DNA of 64,000 nt from Octopus sinensis (GCF_006345805.1 NC_043006.1:98332001-98396000); one strand, 5' to 3'. Shown: positions 40,016 to 53,045, counted from the stretch's first letter. Notes: generated by a model from the sequence alone, not told the origin. A program made the numbers and translations.

Positions 40016-41899
40016 TGATTTATACAGTATAACGTAAAGTCTGTTATAAACCGGCGCATCATATATCTTGAAACTGAATTAGTGGTGGGGAAAGCACGAA
40101 CATAATCACATCACATCGTAAACTTGTAATAAATGGTTTTCTCTTGATTGGAAATAACTATTTCAGTGCATTTACTTCTGAAATAATACATAATACTTGT
40201 CTAATATGGAATTCTAATAAAGAAGATAATAAAATGTTGTAATATATGATTTTGTGATACATATGATATATATTACATACCACTCTGTCATTGTAATATG
40301 AATAGCATAAGGTGTATAAGAATAAAACGATCCGGAGCATAGTCAAAACCTATGAAGCTAAAGAGACCTCAGATTCCAGGGGAAAATCTTGTGATTTTTG
40401 TTGACACCTTCAACAATAGTTTGCAGTCACTGTAATATATGGCACTGGATTAATTGTTCTCAAGCCGGAGATAATTTCCTCGCCAATTGTTAAAGTAATG
40501 CTGAGTCACGCTATGCACTTGAATTATATCCGAAATAGCCCCATATGCTGCAAGAAAAATAGTCAACAGTGCAAATATTTGTTTTCTTAAATGGAACATA
40601 AAATACCTATGCCATTTTTCTCGAAAAGAAACTGGAATATTTCTCATTCATATTAAGATAGCTCAGAAACATAATTCTTGCTTGAAAGTAACTGCGTAAA
40701 TTTAATAAGTATTTCTTTCATTCTCGATATCGAGTTGTCGTCTATGTGGCAACGGTAATTAAACATTTGCAAACAAAATGATTAAGGTATATTTACTTAC
40801 CTCCTTGAAACAGTTATTTCGGTAGGTGAATCAGGTTGTGTTTTTAAAGAATTACTCAGTGAAATTACCAGTATACCTTAAATAAAATTGCATGTTCTGA
40901 AAATGAAAATAGGCTGACTCATTTTAATCAATCACTTGTCTCGACTACTATAGTTTTCAAATGATGGATTAATATTTATGAGTTACTGTTTTTGTCTTCT
41001 CTGCTGTTATTGCATATGGTATATTTTATAATAGCGCATATATGTTTCAATAATAGAAAATTTGTCCGTAATTTTTTTTAATGCAGACATTTTATTTGGT
41101 TTAGGTTGGTATACTGTGAGATATGAATATTTCGACCATGGTCTTCTTACGCAGTATGATAATATATCATGCATTGCACTCTCTTTCACTGAGGGAATTA
41201 CAAAAATTAATACAAAATACGGAAGACAATTGAACGTAAAACTTTCGGATTCGCTCTTATTTCATATTAATTTCAAAGTAACCAACATGGGAAATTAACA
41301 GATTGTAAGTAAAGAAATAAATAAGAAACCCTACAGGCAAGCCGAAGAATGATATATTCTAGTATGTAATCAGATTCCTTTATCATTTGTTAATTATGCT
41401 TTGCTGCTGTTCCGGAAATAATCTATCAAAATTAACGACACTTCCCGCTTGAGACTGATATTCTGTAAAATAGAATGATAATTTGCTAAGCGTGTTCTAG
41501 ATATCAAATGCTGATTACAACAAAACACAGGTAGCAGTTGGGAGAAAGAGTAGAGTAGTGAAAATAAAGTGCATATGGTGTATTATACTAGAAAGAAAAT
41601 CAATAGTAAACACTGTCGATTTGGTGGCAGTATGCTTGATGATCATGTTAAATCGCAACAAATTATTAACCCATTTCATTTATATTCTGAACCCAAAACT
41701 TCTCAAGACTTAAGTCGTATTGCTTCCTACTGGGATACTTGATATTAGAAAGGTATTCACCCTTATATCGATACCAAGCCTAATGTCAACTATGTCGGCC
41801 GAAACACTTCATCACCAGTTTACAAAGAGTGGTAGATAAAACACACATACGAACACATGTATGTATATATGTATATGTATATATACATATATATACATC

Positions 41900-41935
<36 letters not shown>

Positions 41936-42108
41936 TATATGAGAATGTGCGTGTATGTGTGAGTAAGTCTCTTATGGATTCAAAAACTGGCATGCCGATT
42001 TTGACGTATGTGGTATCGAAAGATTCAATAATCTTTCGGCTACCAAATTAAATATATTTTCCATTTACATATTTGCATTACAGCAATTTAACACTACACA
42101 TGTATCAT

Positions 42109-42755
42109 GATCTATTTCACCAATACACAGTTGATATGCATGCTAAAGTTGAGAGTTAGCGTCTGCTCTACATTCGTAACAATAAAAATATATTAAGGCT
42201 AAAAATTATCAAAGATACTTTGAGGTGATATTCAAAACATGGGGCAATTTATAATATTCCCATCGTCATTCACATGTGGTCTTCGATATATACACGAACG
42301 AACACAAGACGCTATGATATATGTCAGGACATATGCAGAACCAAATCTTTTTGTCACTTTCACCTGCAATCGTAAATGGAAGGAAATAAAATCTAAACTT
42401 CTTCCAGTGTTGCATCTTTTGTTGCATCATCAGTGTTGCAACTACCCCCATCAATGGGGGAGGAACTGATCATTTCATGATCAAGCTTCCTCTAAACCTT
42501 GCAATGAATGAATCTAAAATGTGCAACATTTCCCAAAACTCTGCAATGGCAACAATTCTCCAACAAACGTGCCTTATTGTGGAGCTCCAGAGGTATTTGA
42601 CTGTACCCTCCAAGACATAAAAGACAATAGCACGCTCAAGTGGAGAGTAACAGTTCTTCTTGCAGGAGGTTTTCGTCAAATGTTGCCAATTATCCCCAAA
42701 GGATCAAAAGTTGGTGAGGTCAATGCATGCTTAAATAAATCGTACGTTTGGAGAC
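42109..42755 (+). pseudogene. Helitron Rep/helicase remnant with a large internal deletion
   Basis: DLFHQYTVDMHAKVES*RLLYIR and IIFPSSFTCGLRYIHERTQDAMIYVRTYAEPNLFVTFTCN (Rep), then TLQDIK..VTVLLAGGFRQMLPIIPKGSKVGEVNACLNKSYVW (Pif1-like helicase). Confidence 0.85.
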
Positions 42756-42974
42756 GTGAAACTACTTCACAATGCTATTGAAACCAAAGGACCAGATATG
42801 CTAAATTGTACACATGACACACCGCATAAAATATTGTCTAAAAGTCTGGAAACTCGCATTGTGACAGAATGGCACGATCATATATTCTGTAAGAATCGTA
42901 CAACAGTTTCCGGAGATTTGAGAAAACATGTTACCAAACTCAAGGTAGCGTAGGTTCTGATTAAATTACCATAC

Positions 42975-43095
<121 letters not shown>

Positions 43096-43419
43096 GACAC
43101 GATTGCAATAGATATTTTATTGGTTGAAGAAGTCTGTCTTTGCAGAGTTCAAATTGAAAAGTGATAAAAATTCTAAATTATAGAAATTCAAATCTAGAAT
43201 ATGAACGAAAGCTATCAGTGTCTGCACGTTGATGGAATGACATTATCGGTCTTCAAGTTTCAATTATAAAACCGGCTAGATGAAAAAAAGGAAAGGAAAA
43301 AAATAAAAAGGAAAGAAAAAATAAAAAGAAGAAGAAGAATATTCAATCTGTCATTTTATTAATTCCTTTTGGGTTAATAACCCGCAAACATATTTCTCCT
43401 CATGCAGTGTGAGTGTTGA

Positions 43420-44100
43420 AAGTCTATCAGGTTCAGAATATGTTCTGAGAATATGCACTTTTATGTGCATATTGCAAAGTTACAGAAGTTTGATGCAAAG
43501 ATGTTCAGTATGTTCTTTCGAACTAATGTTAATATGCCTGACGTCACACCTGTGCCCACTAAATATTTTGTTTAATTGTTCTGTTGTACAACCAACATAA
43601 GACAAGTTGTATTTTGTGCATTTTGCTGCGTACACCAAATGAAAATCTATACATGCCCAACGTTCTGTATAAATCATAACATTTCTGTTATGATTCCTGA
43701 TGGAATTCACTTGACTCATGCCGTTGCCCAATGAACAGAGCTTATCTCGTTTGCGGCTATTTTTCAAGGAACATTGTGCAGATCCTCCGATGTTATTTTT
43801 CTTGGAGTCAGAAGTAAAAATTAATAGTTTTCTTATATTTTTATTCCATCAAAATGCTACAATAAGCGGCTGGGGAAATATTTGTTTGAATCGAGGATAT
43901 TTTACGACAACATGCAGGTAACTTTCATGCAGCACTTTTGAAAAGTCAGTGCAATTTCGTTTCTGAATGGAAAATGAAAGGAAAAATATTGATGGTCTAA
44001 TTAAACAGAGACGCATAACTTCCACTTTGAATCCTCGGCACTGAAATCTTAACCTATCTATGAATTTTTCTTGGGTGGTGGATAGGTTGACATGCAGGAG
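43420..44100 (-). pseudogene. Penelope-like element remnant (thumb/linker + GIY-YIG), a different lineage from 1-1730
   Basis: RFKQIFPQPLIVAF..NIRKLL and LVYAAKCTKYNLSYVGCTTEQLNKIFSGHRCDV match PLE IFP.PP++AF and VIY...C..C...Y+G.T...L..R...HR. Confidence 0.72.
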
Positions 44101-44366
44101 CCACAAAATAAAGACAGTGTACGGTCGTCTTCTGCATACGAAGAAAGGTTGACGTCAACATGACCATTACGTTTGGCGAATGAGAATTTCCGCGTGTCTC
44201 AGCCATTGCTGATTAATTATACGATCAAATGTCATTTGATTCCCTACTTTAAGTGTACCGACAGCCTCTGTGGTGAACACTCGAAATGTGCTGAAATAAT
44301 CATTCACCATAACAGCATTATATTCGTCTTTATGTCACAATTTCCGACATCTCAAATCCACAAGCA

Positions 44367-44612
44367 TTCTTCTTCCTCTTCTTCTCCTCCTTCTTCGTCT
44401 CCTCCTCCTTCTTCTTCTTTTCCTTCTTCTTCTTCTTCTTTTCTTCTTCTTCTTCTTCTTCTTCTTTTCTTCCTTTTCATCATCTTTCTTCTCCTTCTTC
44501 TTTTCTTCCTTCTCGTCCTCTCCTTCTTCTTCGCCTTCTTTATCCGCTCTTTTCTCTTTCTCTTCCTCGTTTTCATCTCTAATAATAATAATAATAATTA
44601 TTATTATTATTA

Positions 44613-44655
<43 letters not shown>

Positions 44656-44681
44656 TATCGTTGTCTTTGTTGTTGTTGTTT
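44367..44681. repeat. Compound (TTC/TCC)n-(AAT)n-(TAT)n-(TGT)n low-complexity tract
   Basis: Visible directly; explains the poly-K/E/R/L/Y ORFs in the track. Confidence 0.95.
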
Positions 44682-45046
44682 TTATTATTGAAGGCGACAA
44701 CGCCTTTAAAGTAATGCACAATAATAGAGGCATTAAAAATGGAAACTTCGAATAATTGCTAGTTACTCCGATATTCCATTTCGTAGTTAGGATTCTTAAT
44801 TGAAAATCTTGCCGAAGAAAGTTATACACATGCATTCTGTTAATGCTAACGACATGGCTTCTTATTCAATGCACTTACATTTATCGAAATGGGTAATGGA
44901 AAGTTAACTTTGTATTATTAGTAATCAATGGTTACCTTCTTCTGCTAAGTGTTAAAGCTTAATTAAATATTCCCATATATCTCTCTACTTTAGAAAAGTT
45001 CACAAAGAGTGAATACACAAATACATACATATATACATACATACAA

Positions 45047-45098
<52 letters not shown>

Positions 45099-45442
45099 GT
45101 GTGTGTGTGTATATATATATATATACATGTATTAATATATATATATATGCATATATATATGCCTATATGTATATATATATATATACGCATAATATATTTG
45201 TGGATGTGTTTATATATACATATATATATATATGTATATATACATTGAATGCATGTGCATGTATGAGTTTGTCTTTGTGTGAGTGCATGTGCGTGTGCTC
45301 GTTCATGCTAATGTGTGTATGTGTAAATGTGTATTTGTGCCTTTGAAATAGCAAATCATGAGATTCAGTACTCAAGAAATTGTATGTTCTATGTTATTTC
45401 CAATTACTTTTGCATTTGTATACAACACATCAACAAATACTT

Positions 45443-45660
45443 ATTTCTTTACTACCCACAAGGGGCTAAACACAGAGAGGACAGACAAACGGATTAAGTC
45501 GATTATATCGACCCCAGTGCGTAACTGGTACTTAATTTATCGACCCCGAAAGGATGAAAGGCAAAGTCGACCCTGGCGGAATTTGAACTCAGAACGTAAC
45601 GGCAGACGAAATACGGCCACGCATTTCGCCCTGCGTGCTACCGTTTCTGCCAGCTCGCCG
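45443..45660 (-). mobile_element. SINE family B, tail type 1, with a 17-bp TSD
   Basis: Head ggcgagctggcagaaacggtagcacg..gagttcaaattcc; body gtcgactttgcctttcatcctttcggggtcgataaattaagtaccag; TSD cacatcaacaaatactt at 45426-45442 and 45661-45677. Confidence 0.9.
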
Positions 45661-46974
45661 CACATCAACAAATACTTGTTGCATGCTAACACACAGGCGT
45701 GTGCACAAACACACACACACACAGACACACACACACTCACTCACACACACATGCGTACACCTACATGCACGCACATAAACACTCACACACTTGTAAATAT
45801 GTAGCTCATAATTTTTCCTGATTTTCTTTTCGAACGTCCATCTTATCCTATTAGTTCTGGTTTCTCCCACAATTATATAAGGGAACTTCCTTTCTCTCCC
45901 TTAGTCGCTATATCCGTGCTTGTCTTCATATCAGTTATTTTCTTTAATGTAGTCTATAATTTCTTTCACTATCTGTAATCTTGTACTGTTCGTATTTTCA
46001 ATAGTAACCTCCTGTTTCCTCTAGCTCTTCCTCTTTCACTGCTTTCGCCATGTGTTTGAATAGATAGTTTCTCATGAGTTCCTGTCTCGCAATGCGCAGC
46101 CTGTCACTTTTTCAACCTGCAACAGTTTTTATAATAATACCATTACTCCTTTTCCTCTTCTTTCATATTTGTTAGTGTGTTAGCAAAAGTGAAAGCAAGC
46201 GACAAATTTCTTGATATGTAATCGGCATTTTATACAAGCATAAACATCTTCCTCATTACGGAGTTTTGCATCATTGAAGATATCATTATAACACGGAATT
46301 CCATCTTGAAATAACCAAATATTTTCTGATGATAACTGGAGAGGCATACACATGGATTACTTGTTAAAAGGGAAATAAATCAATAATACCAATTCCGGGA
46401 CTAAAAATATCAGTGTTTAGACATACACAGTTCGGTTTAGATGCGTACAAATCATTTGGAGAGACATATACAAGGGCATAAAATACAGTATTTTGATATC
46501 ATTGTATATAGCATTTCTCAGCTTAAATGTAGAATGTCGCATGATAGATGATGTTCTATTGAAATTTACTTGGACGAAATGCCCTTATTATGTGCCTTGT
46601 AGATCATAGTCATCAGATATTTGTTGGAGATCGAAGGAACTTATATAAAGCACGCCATCTTATTGTAGAACTCATCTAAGAACTAGGCTGGTAATGCCTG
46701 TTTTTGTTTCGTTCACTATAGGAACTCATTAAATAAAATTTGTTTCGTTAACAATTAGAATAGTGTAGTGTATACATTACAAATGCCAACTCTTTAGCCA
46801 TACACTTTGCACCAATTTGAGTTGGATATAAGGGAGCTTATATAAGAATTTTTAATATGCAGCTACCTGTTTGTCTCCTACCATAAAGTCCTTATTATGT
46901 GAATGCTTACTTTCATACACCATTTGACGTTTTTTCACCGATACTGCATCTGCGAGTTAGCTACGACGACCTGT

Positions 46975-47343
46975 ACATCTACGCACACATACACACTCGT
47001 ATAAATGCGGAGGTACGCACGGAGATATATGGGTAAATACATGTACACATATATACATATATACTCCCATCTCTATCGTCCCTTCCAACGTCCTCCAATG
47101 ATGACACCGATATCCTGTTCACTACGCGGTCGATTTCTTGCAGTATATTTCAAGTAACTGTTGTCGCTGGAAAACCAACTTCAAACTGCAACACCGCTTG
47201 ACCTTCCTCGACCAAATCACAAAATAACTTGCACTAGTAAAAAGTCACTCTTTTCAATCGAATTCTCATTGAGATTCAATGGCGGAAGACTAGCAACACA
47301 CTTGAAACTCAGAGTATCAATGAATTTGAATCAAGCTGTTTTG
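46975..47343 (+). repeat. Repeat C, left arm (inverted partner at 53046-53414)
   Basis: Reverse-complement alignment by eye, e.g. gtgttgcagtttgaagttggt and tactctgagtttcaagtgtgtt; both copies translate QLQTATPLD in the ORF track. Confidence 0.85.
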
Positions 47344-47458
47344 GTATATATATATTTACATTTATAACTAAGGATAATATCGATAGTTAAATAGCGATCT
47401 TGTTTAGTGGGCAGCATGGGAATAAATACCATACAAAGGTAATAATTATTTAAAGCAA

Positions 47459-47677
47459 TAAATTACAGTATCTGAGAGATACGACCATGCTGAAAAAGCA
47501 GTCAAAACCCTGACCCTAAACCACCTTAAATGTTCATATCAAGCCAGGAGAGAAGATAAAGTGACAAAATAAGCTAGCAAAGAATTTTTTTACTGGATAA
47601 TTCATGATCCTGGATTTCTGTCTTTGTTTCCGAGACGCTGTGCATTCTTCAGTTGAATATACCAGATGAGCACATAA

Positions 47678-47682
<5 letters not shown>
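47459..47682 (-). repeat. Repeat A / family H4, copy 1, with a degenerate hammerhead-like motif at 47593-47665
   Basis: Reverse complement of 49221-49444; core CUGAAGA...GAAAUCCAGGAUC on minus; stems I and II imperfect. Confidence 0.7.
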
Positions 47683-47727
<45 letters not shown>

Positions 47728-47886
47728 CATACGTTATAATTACATATATGAACACTCTATATGTATGCACGTATTTACAAGACTAGCTTAATTTTCCCGC
47801 CAAACATTTCCAAAGACATACGTGCATATATATGTATGTATGAGCGTTCGTATATGTAAGTATAATGTATGTTCTATATATATATA

Positions 47887-49137
47887 CGAGGGGCGTTCAA
47901 TAAGTAATGCCCCTGACCCACTTCCCATAGCAGTAGAGCAACGAAACTTGGCACAGTTATTTCTCCCATTGCTTGATGCAGCTCTGGAGACCGTTTTTGT
48001 AGAAGACCCCAGCTTGGTCCTCCAACCTGAACGTGACTTCAGAAATCAAGGCTGCATCATCTGGGAAACGCTTTCCTTTCAAAAACAACTTCATGACTGG
48101 GAAGAGGTGAAAATCAGAGGGTGCCAGGTCAGGGAAGTAGGGGGATGGGGGAGGAGTTCATAGCTATACGCCTGTGCTTCTGGTCTGGTGATAAGCGAGT
48201 TGTGGACCGGAGCGTTGTCCTGCAGGAGGAGGATGCCTTTGCTGATCTTGCCCCGCCTCTGGATTTTGATAACTTCTCTTAATTTCCTCAAAAGTGAAGC
48301 ATAATAGGCTCCTGCAATTGTGGTACCCTTTGCCAGGAAATATGTCATCACTACTCCGTCCTGGTCCCAGAAGACTGTGAGCATGACCTTGCCAGCGGAG
48401 GGCTGCACCATTGCCTTCTTTGGAGGGGGTGAGTCACAGTGCTTCCACTGCATTGACTGGGCTTTGGTCTCTGGATCATCGTGATGGACCCAGGTTTCAT
48501 CCTGTGTAATCAGTCTTTTGAAAAATGTTGACTCATCTTCTTGGAACATCTCCAAATTCACCCTCGAGAACTCGACGCGTTCTTGCTTCTGGAAAGGCGT
48601 GAGCAACCTGGGAATCCATCTGGCAGACACCTTTTGCATATGCAAATGGTCATGAATGATAGTTTCCACAGACCCGGTACTAAACTTGTGCTCATGGGCT
48701 ATTTGGCGAATAATTATGCGTCGATCTTCCAAAATGGCAGACTCAACTTGACGGACAGATGCCTCATCAATGGCAGAAGGGGCGACCAGATCTGGGAGCT
48801 GTTTCCACAGAGTTCCGACCATGTTTGAAATCACGATGCCAGCGTTTTACAAGGTCATATGATGGGGCATCATCACCATAAGTTACTTTCATTTCATCAA
48901 AAGTCTCCCTTGGTGTGCGTCCTTTCAAATACAAAAACCGGATCACTGCTCGACACTCAACAGGCTCCATTTCACACTTGACTCGGTTCAAACATCTGTA
49001 AATCAGAAACCACAATTAATTCAGAGCTGTAATTTGCCACTTACTCTATAGAGATATAAATAATTGCACATGCAAAATTACAGCTATATCAAATAAATGC
49101 AAGTGGGTCAGAGCCATTACTTATTGAACGTCCCTCG
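47887..49137 (-). mobile_element. Young full-length mariner (DD34D), 1251 bp, 37-bp TIRs, TA TSD; transposase pseudogene 47957-48970
   Basis: TIRs cgaggggcgttcaataagtaatgcccctgacccactt and cgagggacgttcaataagtaatggctctgacccactt (3 mismatches); MEPVECRAVIRFL, WIPRLL, TQDETW, LQDNA, YFPDLAPSDF; two frameshifts. Confidence 0.96.
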
Positions 49138-49220
49138 TATATATACATATATATATATATATATAATATATATATATATATTATATATATATATATATAA
49201 TATATATATATATATACATC

Positions 49221-49444
49221 TGTATTTAAGTGCTCATCTGGATATATTCAACTGAAGAAGGCAGAGCTTCTCTGAAGCAAAGCGAGAAATCCAGGATCTT
49301 GAATTATCCAGTAAAATAATTTTTACTAGTTTATTTTGTCTGTCTTCTCTCCTGACGCGATATGTACATTTAAGGTGGTATTTTTAGGGTTAGAATTTTA
49401 ACTGCTATTTGAGCGTAGTGGTATCTCTCAGATACCCTAATTTA
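49221..49444 (+). repeat. Repeat A' / family H4, copy 2, with a hammerhead-like motif at 49238-49311
   Basis: CUGGAUA(U)AUUCAA-CUGAAGA-[27 nt]-GAA-AUCC(A)GGAU-C/UUGAAUUAUCCAG: 13-bp stem I with one bulge, 4-bp stem III, AUC triplet; the base of stem II does not pair well. Confidence 0.62.
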
Positions 49445-49484
49445 TATATATATGTAGATGCCTGCCTGTATGTATGTTTGCAAA

Positions 49485-49942
49485 CATGTATGTACGCATG
49501 TACGTATCTATGCACATATACATATGTATTCTTATCCAAAATGAACAGAACCGAAAATCACCAATCCCCAACAATTTTTCATGTCTGTCTGCCCACATAC
49601 TATCACCTCTATTCTAAAGTTTACATACAATCTTTCAAAATAAATTCAATTTATCGTTGTAGAGACCTGCAACACCTGATGCTGCGATAAATGTCGCTGT
49701 GTGTGAAAAAACTTAATTAACAATGCAGAGGCATATTTGGACTCAAACGTTCCAATAACCGATACTTCTTTCCTGGCATAGTTTTACTCCATATAAGAAT
49801 ATTACTGTAAACATTTAACGTTTTGAATTTATTAAAACCATTGGTATTCAAATATTTGGTACAGAAATATAAAACGTTATTTCCAATAACCAAAATGAAC
49901 AATCATGTTTATTACATGCATAACCAATGGCGTGTGTCGTTG
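49485..49942 (+). repeat. Repeat B, left arm (inverted partner at 52047-52540)
   Basis: Long shared blocks such as aaaacgttatttccaataaccaaaatgaacaatcat and caacaatttttcatg; the ORF track gives parallel translations at 49409+ and 52316-. Confidence 0.9.
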
Positions 49943-50313
49943 ATCTATTCTGGTGTAAGAACGTGAGTGTTTCGCTTTTGGATTTGGCTTCATGTTATTA
50001 AAAATATTGTGTAAGTTCCCTGAATGATTTGCTGTATTGTCAACAAAAAAAGGGAAAATACGCCGGAATCATTACACCAGGCACGTTACCTTCGTAAATT
50101 AGCTCAAAATTAGTTTGTAAAGGGATGCTTTAGCAAGCATTGCAATCGACCAAGAATTTTAAAAAACTGAATATTTGAGCATTAGAACTAAATTTCTCTT
50201 CATTGTCATACATTATACTGAAAACTAATTATATTAATTTCGCTTTGGGATTTGGCTCTCAAGATTCCTAATGTTAGTTCGTGTGTTGAAGCATATTCTG
50301 TTGTTGCTTGGGA

Positions 50314-50519
50314 GAGTCATTCTCTTTTAGTGCCTTATAATTTAACACACTCATCGTTAAAATTTCCGCTTATTCCTTTTTTATTGTTCCAAAATTTTCG
50401 TTGCGTCTTGCAGCCTATTGAAATGGTTGCAAGACGCAACGAAAGTTTTAGGATAAAAGATAAGTGGAAATTTTACCGGTGAGTGTGTTAAATTATAAGG
50501 CACTAAAAGAGAATGACTC
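50314..50519. mobile_element. MITE-like foldback element
   Basis: Perfect 40-bp terminal inverted repeats gagtcattctcttttagtgccttataatttaacacactca (50314-50353 and 50480-50519), extending imperfectly inward. Confidence 0.85.
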
Positions 50520-51489
50520 GAACCAGACACAATATAATAATTATATTAAAATATCACGATTGTATTATTTTTTAATAATTTACTTACTCATATACGATTA
50601 ATTTGAATGAAAGAACATAGAAATATGAGTAAACGAGAATTAATAAAGGATATTAATTTCCCTACACAATTTAACTAAATGGATATAAAATAGCTTTCAC
50701 TCAAAATTAGAAAATCATCAATGACAGAGGAGTAAGTGGGGAAAGAAGCATGAATGAGTGGAGAGTTTAAAATATGTATACAAGTTTTAGTTGTGTCACT
50801 TTATATTTCTAATGAAGATAGTACTGGAAAATTACATTCATTTTATCGAGTGGGAATGAATGAGGTAATTCTCATGTTCTATAGATCGTGTAAATGACGG
50901 TATCAAATCATGGCCTGGTACCGATTTTAAAATGTATTACACCCGTCACTTCTCTCGTTTAAATCCCATAAGTACCATGTAGATATGGGTGTGAAGATAA
51001 TGACTTGTATAGTAAACATGAGGGATCTTAGAATCTCTCGAAGAATGAGATGAGAAAAAATAAATACACAACGTTGATTCTTCAGATTAAAATTTACGTT
51101 ATAATGTGGAAATAAAACATTAAGTTTCCAGGCAGAACCTGTCATCAAATACAGATCCAATATGGATTCTCCCGCCTAACCCTTCAATGTATGTGTCGTT
51201 AAGGTGATATGTTATGCTAGAAATTATGGTAAAGTTTTATTTTCCACACGTTAATCTTCTGAGGATCAGATTTTGGTATTGCATCCGCCAGGGATGAATT
51301 ATACTTTTATCTTTTTTAGTTCATCGTTCAGTATTATAAGGTTCCTTAATGGAAATTGATAATGTTAGTTCCGATCGGAAACCTGTACGCAGCAGAGGAA
51401 ATGTCTAAAGAATTCATTATATCTACAGGCTCTCCAGATCATTAATAAACACCAGTACTTGATTAGTATTTATGAACTAAAAGTGGGAC

Positions 51490-51580
51490 ATCATTATACG
51501 TGGCTGCCATCCACGTATAGTTCCTAGTAATACCATGGGATGGTTTAAGGGTGGCTCTCTATACTACAGCCTTTGGGTTA
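51490..51580 (-). pseudogene. Short PLE GIY-YIG fragment
   Basis: KAVV*RATLKPSHGITRNYTWMAA corresponds to VVYRAKV..KTYTGAS of the PLE at 1-1730; nucleotide match to 53871-53918. Confidence 0.55.
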
Positions 51581-52046
51581 GAATTAGAACATGACGGTCG
51601 CAACTATATTCCAAAAATATTTGTATTTTCCCCCTTAACGTTTCAAACATTTTGTGCTGTCTAACATTTAAATATGTAGTTCATAATAGCTGCACAAAAT
51701 TATCGTTGGTTAATTTTCCCTTCTCGTTTGTTTAATAATTAACATTTACGCTGTTGAGATTGGGTTGAATCTAAGTGTCAGCAATATTTAAATTTCCAGC
51801 AGCATTTAAGTTTGTTATGACATTCGGTTTGCAATCTTTCTATGTAAGTCACTGGCATTGTCGATGAGTTAGAATTTTTTTGCCTAGAACCAAAGTTGCC
51901 CAAACTTTTATATAAAAGAATAGTACACAATTTTGACAGGTTATCGGTAAAATCATTATATTCATAGTTATGAAAGTATGTTTGCATTAGCTAATGCAAA
52001 CTAAGACAGAAATGCATGGTTACACCTTTAATCTGAAAGTGTAATG

Positions 52047-52540
52047 TCAGCGACACAAGCCATTGGATATGCATGTAATAAAAATGATTGTTCATTTTGG
52101 TTATTGGAAATAACGTTTTAAATTTCTATACCAAATGTTTGAATACCAATGGAAGTGTGGTTTTAATAATTTTAAACCGTTAAATATTTACAGTAATATT
52201 TTATATCAAGAAAAAAATATGGCAGTCAAAAAGAATTGGTTATTGAAACTTTTGGATCAAAATATGCTTGTGCATTGTTAGAAGACAAATTAAATATTTC
52301 ACACACAGCGACTTTTTACAGCAATGTCAGGTGTTGCGAGTCTCTACAATGATAAATACTTTTATTTTCAAAGAAGGTTTTTATGGAAGGTTGTAACCTA
52401 GGGGTGATGTAGAAGAGGTGAGAGTATTCTGGTAGGGAGGCATGAAAAATTGTTGTGGATTGGTAATTTGCGGTGCTGTTAATTTCGGACGAGAATACAT
52501 ATGTATGTGTACATACATACATGCATGCGTACATACATAC
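52047..52540 (-). repeat. Repeat B', right arm
   Basis: Reverse complement of 49485-49942 with scattered substitutions and indels. Confidence 0.9.
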
Positions 52541-52668
52541 ATACATAATACATACATACATACAAACATGCATACATACATAATACATACATGCATATAT
52601 ACATACATATAAATACATGTATATATATATGTATGTATATATGTGTGTATACACAAACACACACACAC

Positions 52669-52705
<37 letters not shown>

Positions 52706-52713
<8 letters not shown>

Positions 52714-52989
52714 ATCATGTGACCGACCAGACCATCAGATGTTTTACACATCGCTGGTCACAATGCGTTCGCATTGTTTTAGCCTTCGAATGACGCCAGC
52801 CCGCTGGCTAAGCGAGCAGGCCAACAGAAGAGTGAAAGAAAGAGTGGTGAAAGAGTACAGCAGTGATCACTACCCTCTGCCGGAGCATTGTGGAACTTTT
52901 AGGTGTTTTCGCTCAATAAACACTCACAACGCCCGGTCTGGGAATCGAAACCGCGAGTCCGCTGCCCTAACCACTAGGCCATTGCGCCT

Positions 52990-52991
<2 letters not shown>
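52706..52991 (-). mobile_element. SINE family C, tail type 2
   Basis: Head ggaggcgcaatggcctagtggttagggcagcgg; tail ..gaccagcgatgtgtaaaacatctgatggtctggtcggtcacatgatcacgtgat; both ends in (TA)n; small deletion in the head between accgcga repeats. Confidence 0.88.
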
Positions 52992-53042
<51 letters not shown>

Positions 53043-53045
53043 GAT

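Noticed and set aside
40450-41298. Non-repetitive ORFs of 60-78 aa with hydrophobic stretches
   Set aside because: Lengths are within chance expectation, there is no recognisable family, and no consistent splice structure.
44173-44835. 172-aa and 166-aa ORFs with poly-S/L/Y and poly-K/R/E runs
   Set aside because: Fully explained by compound trinucleotide repeats.
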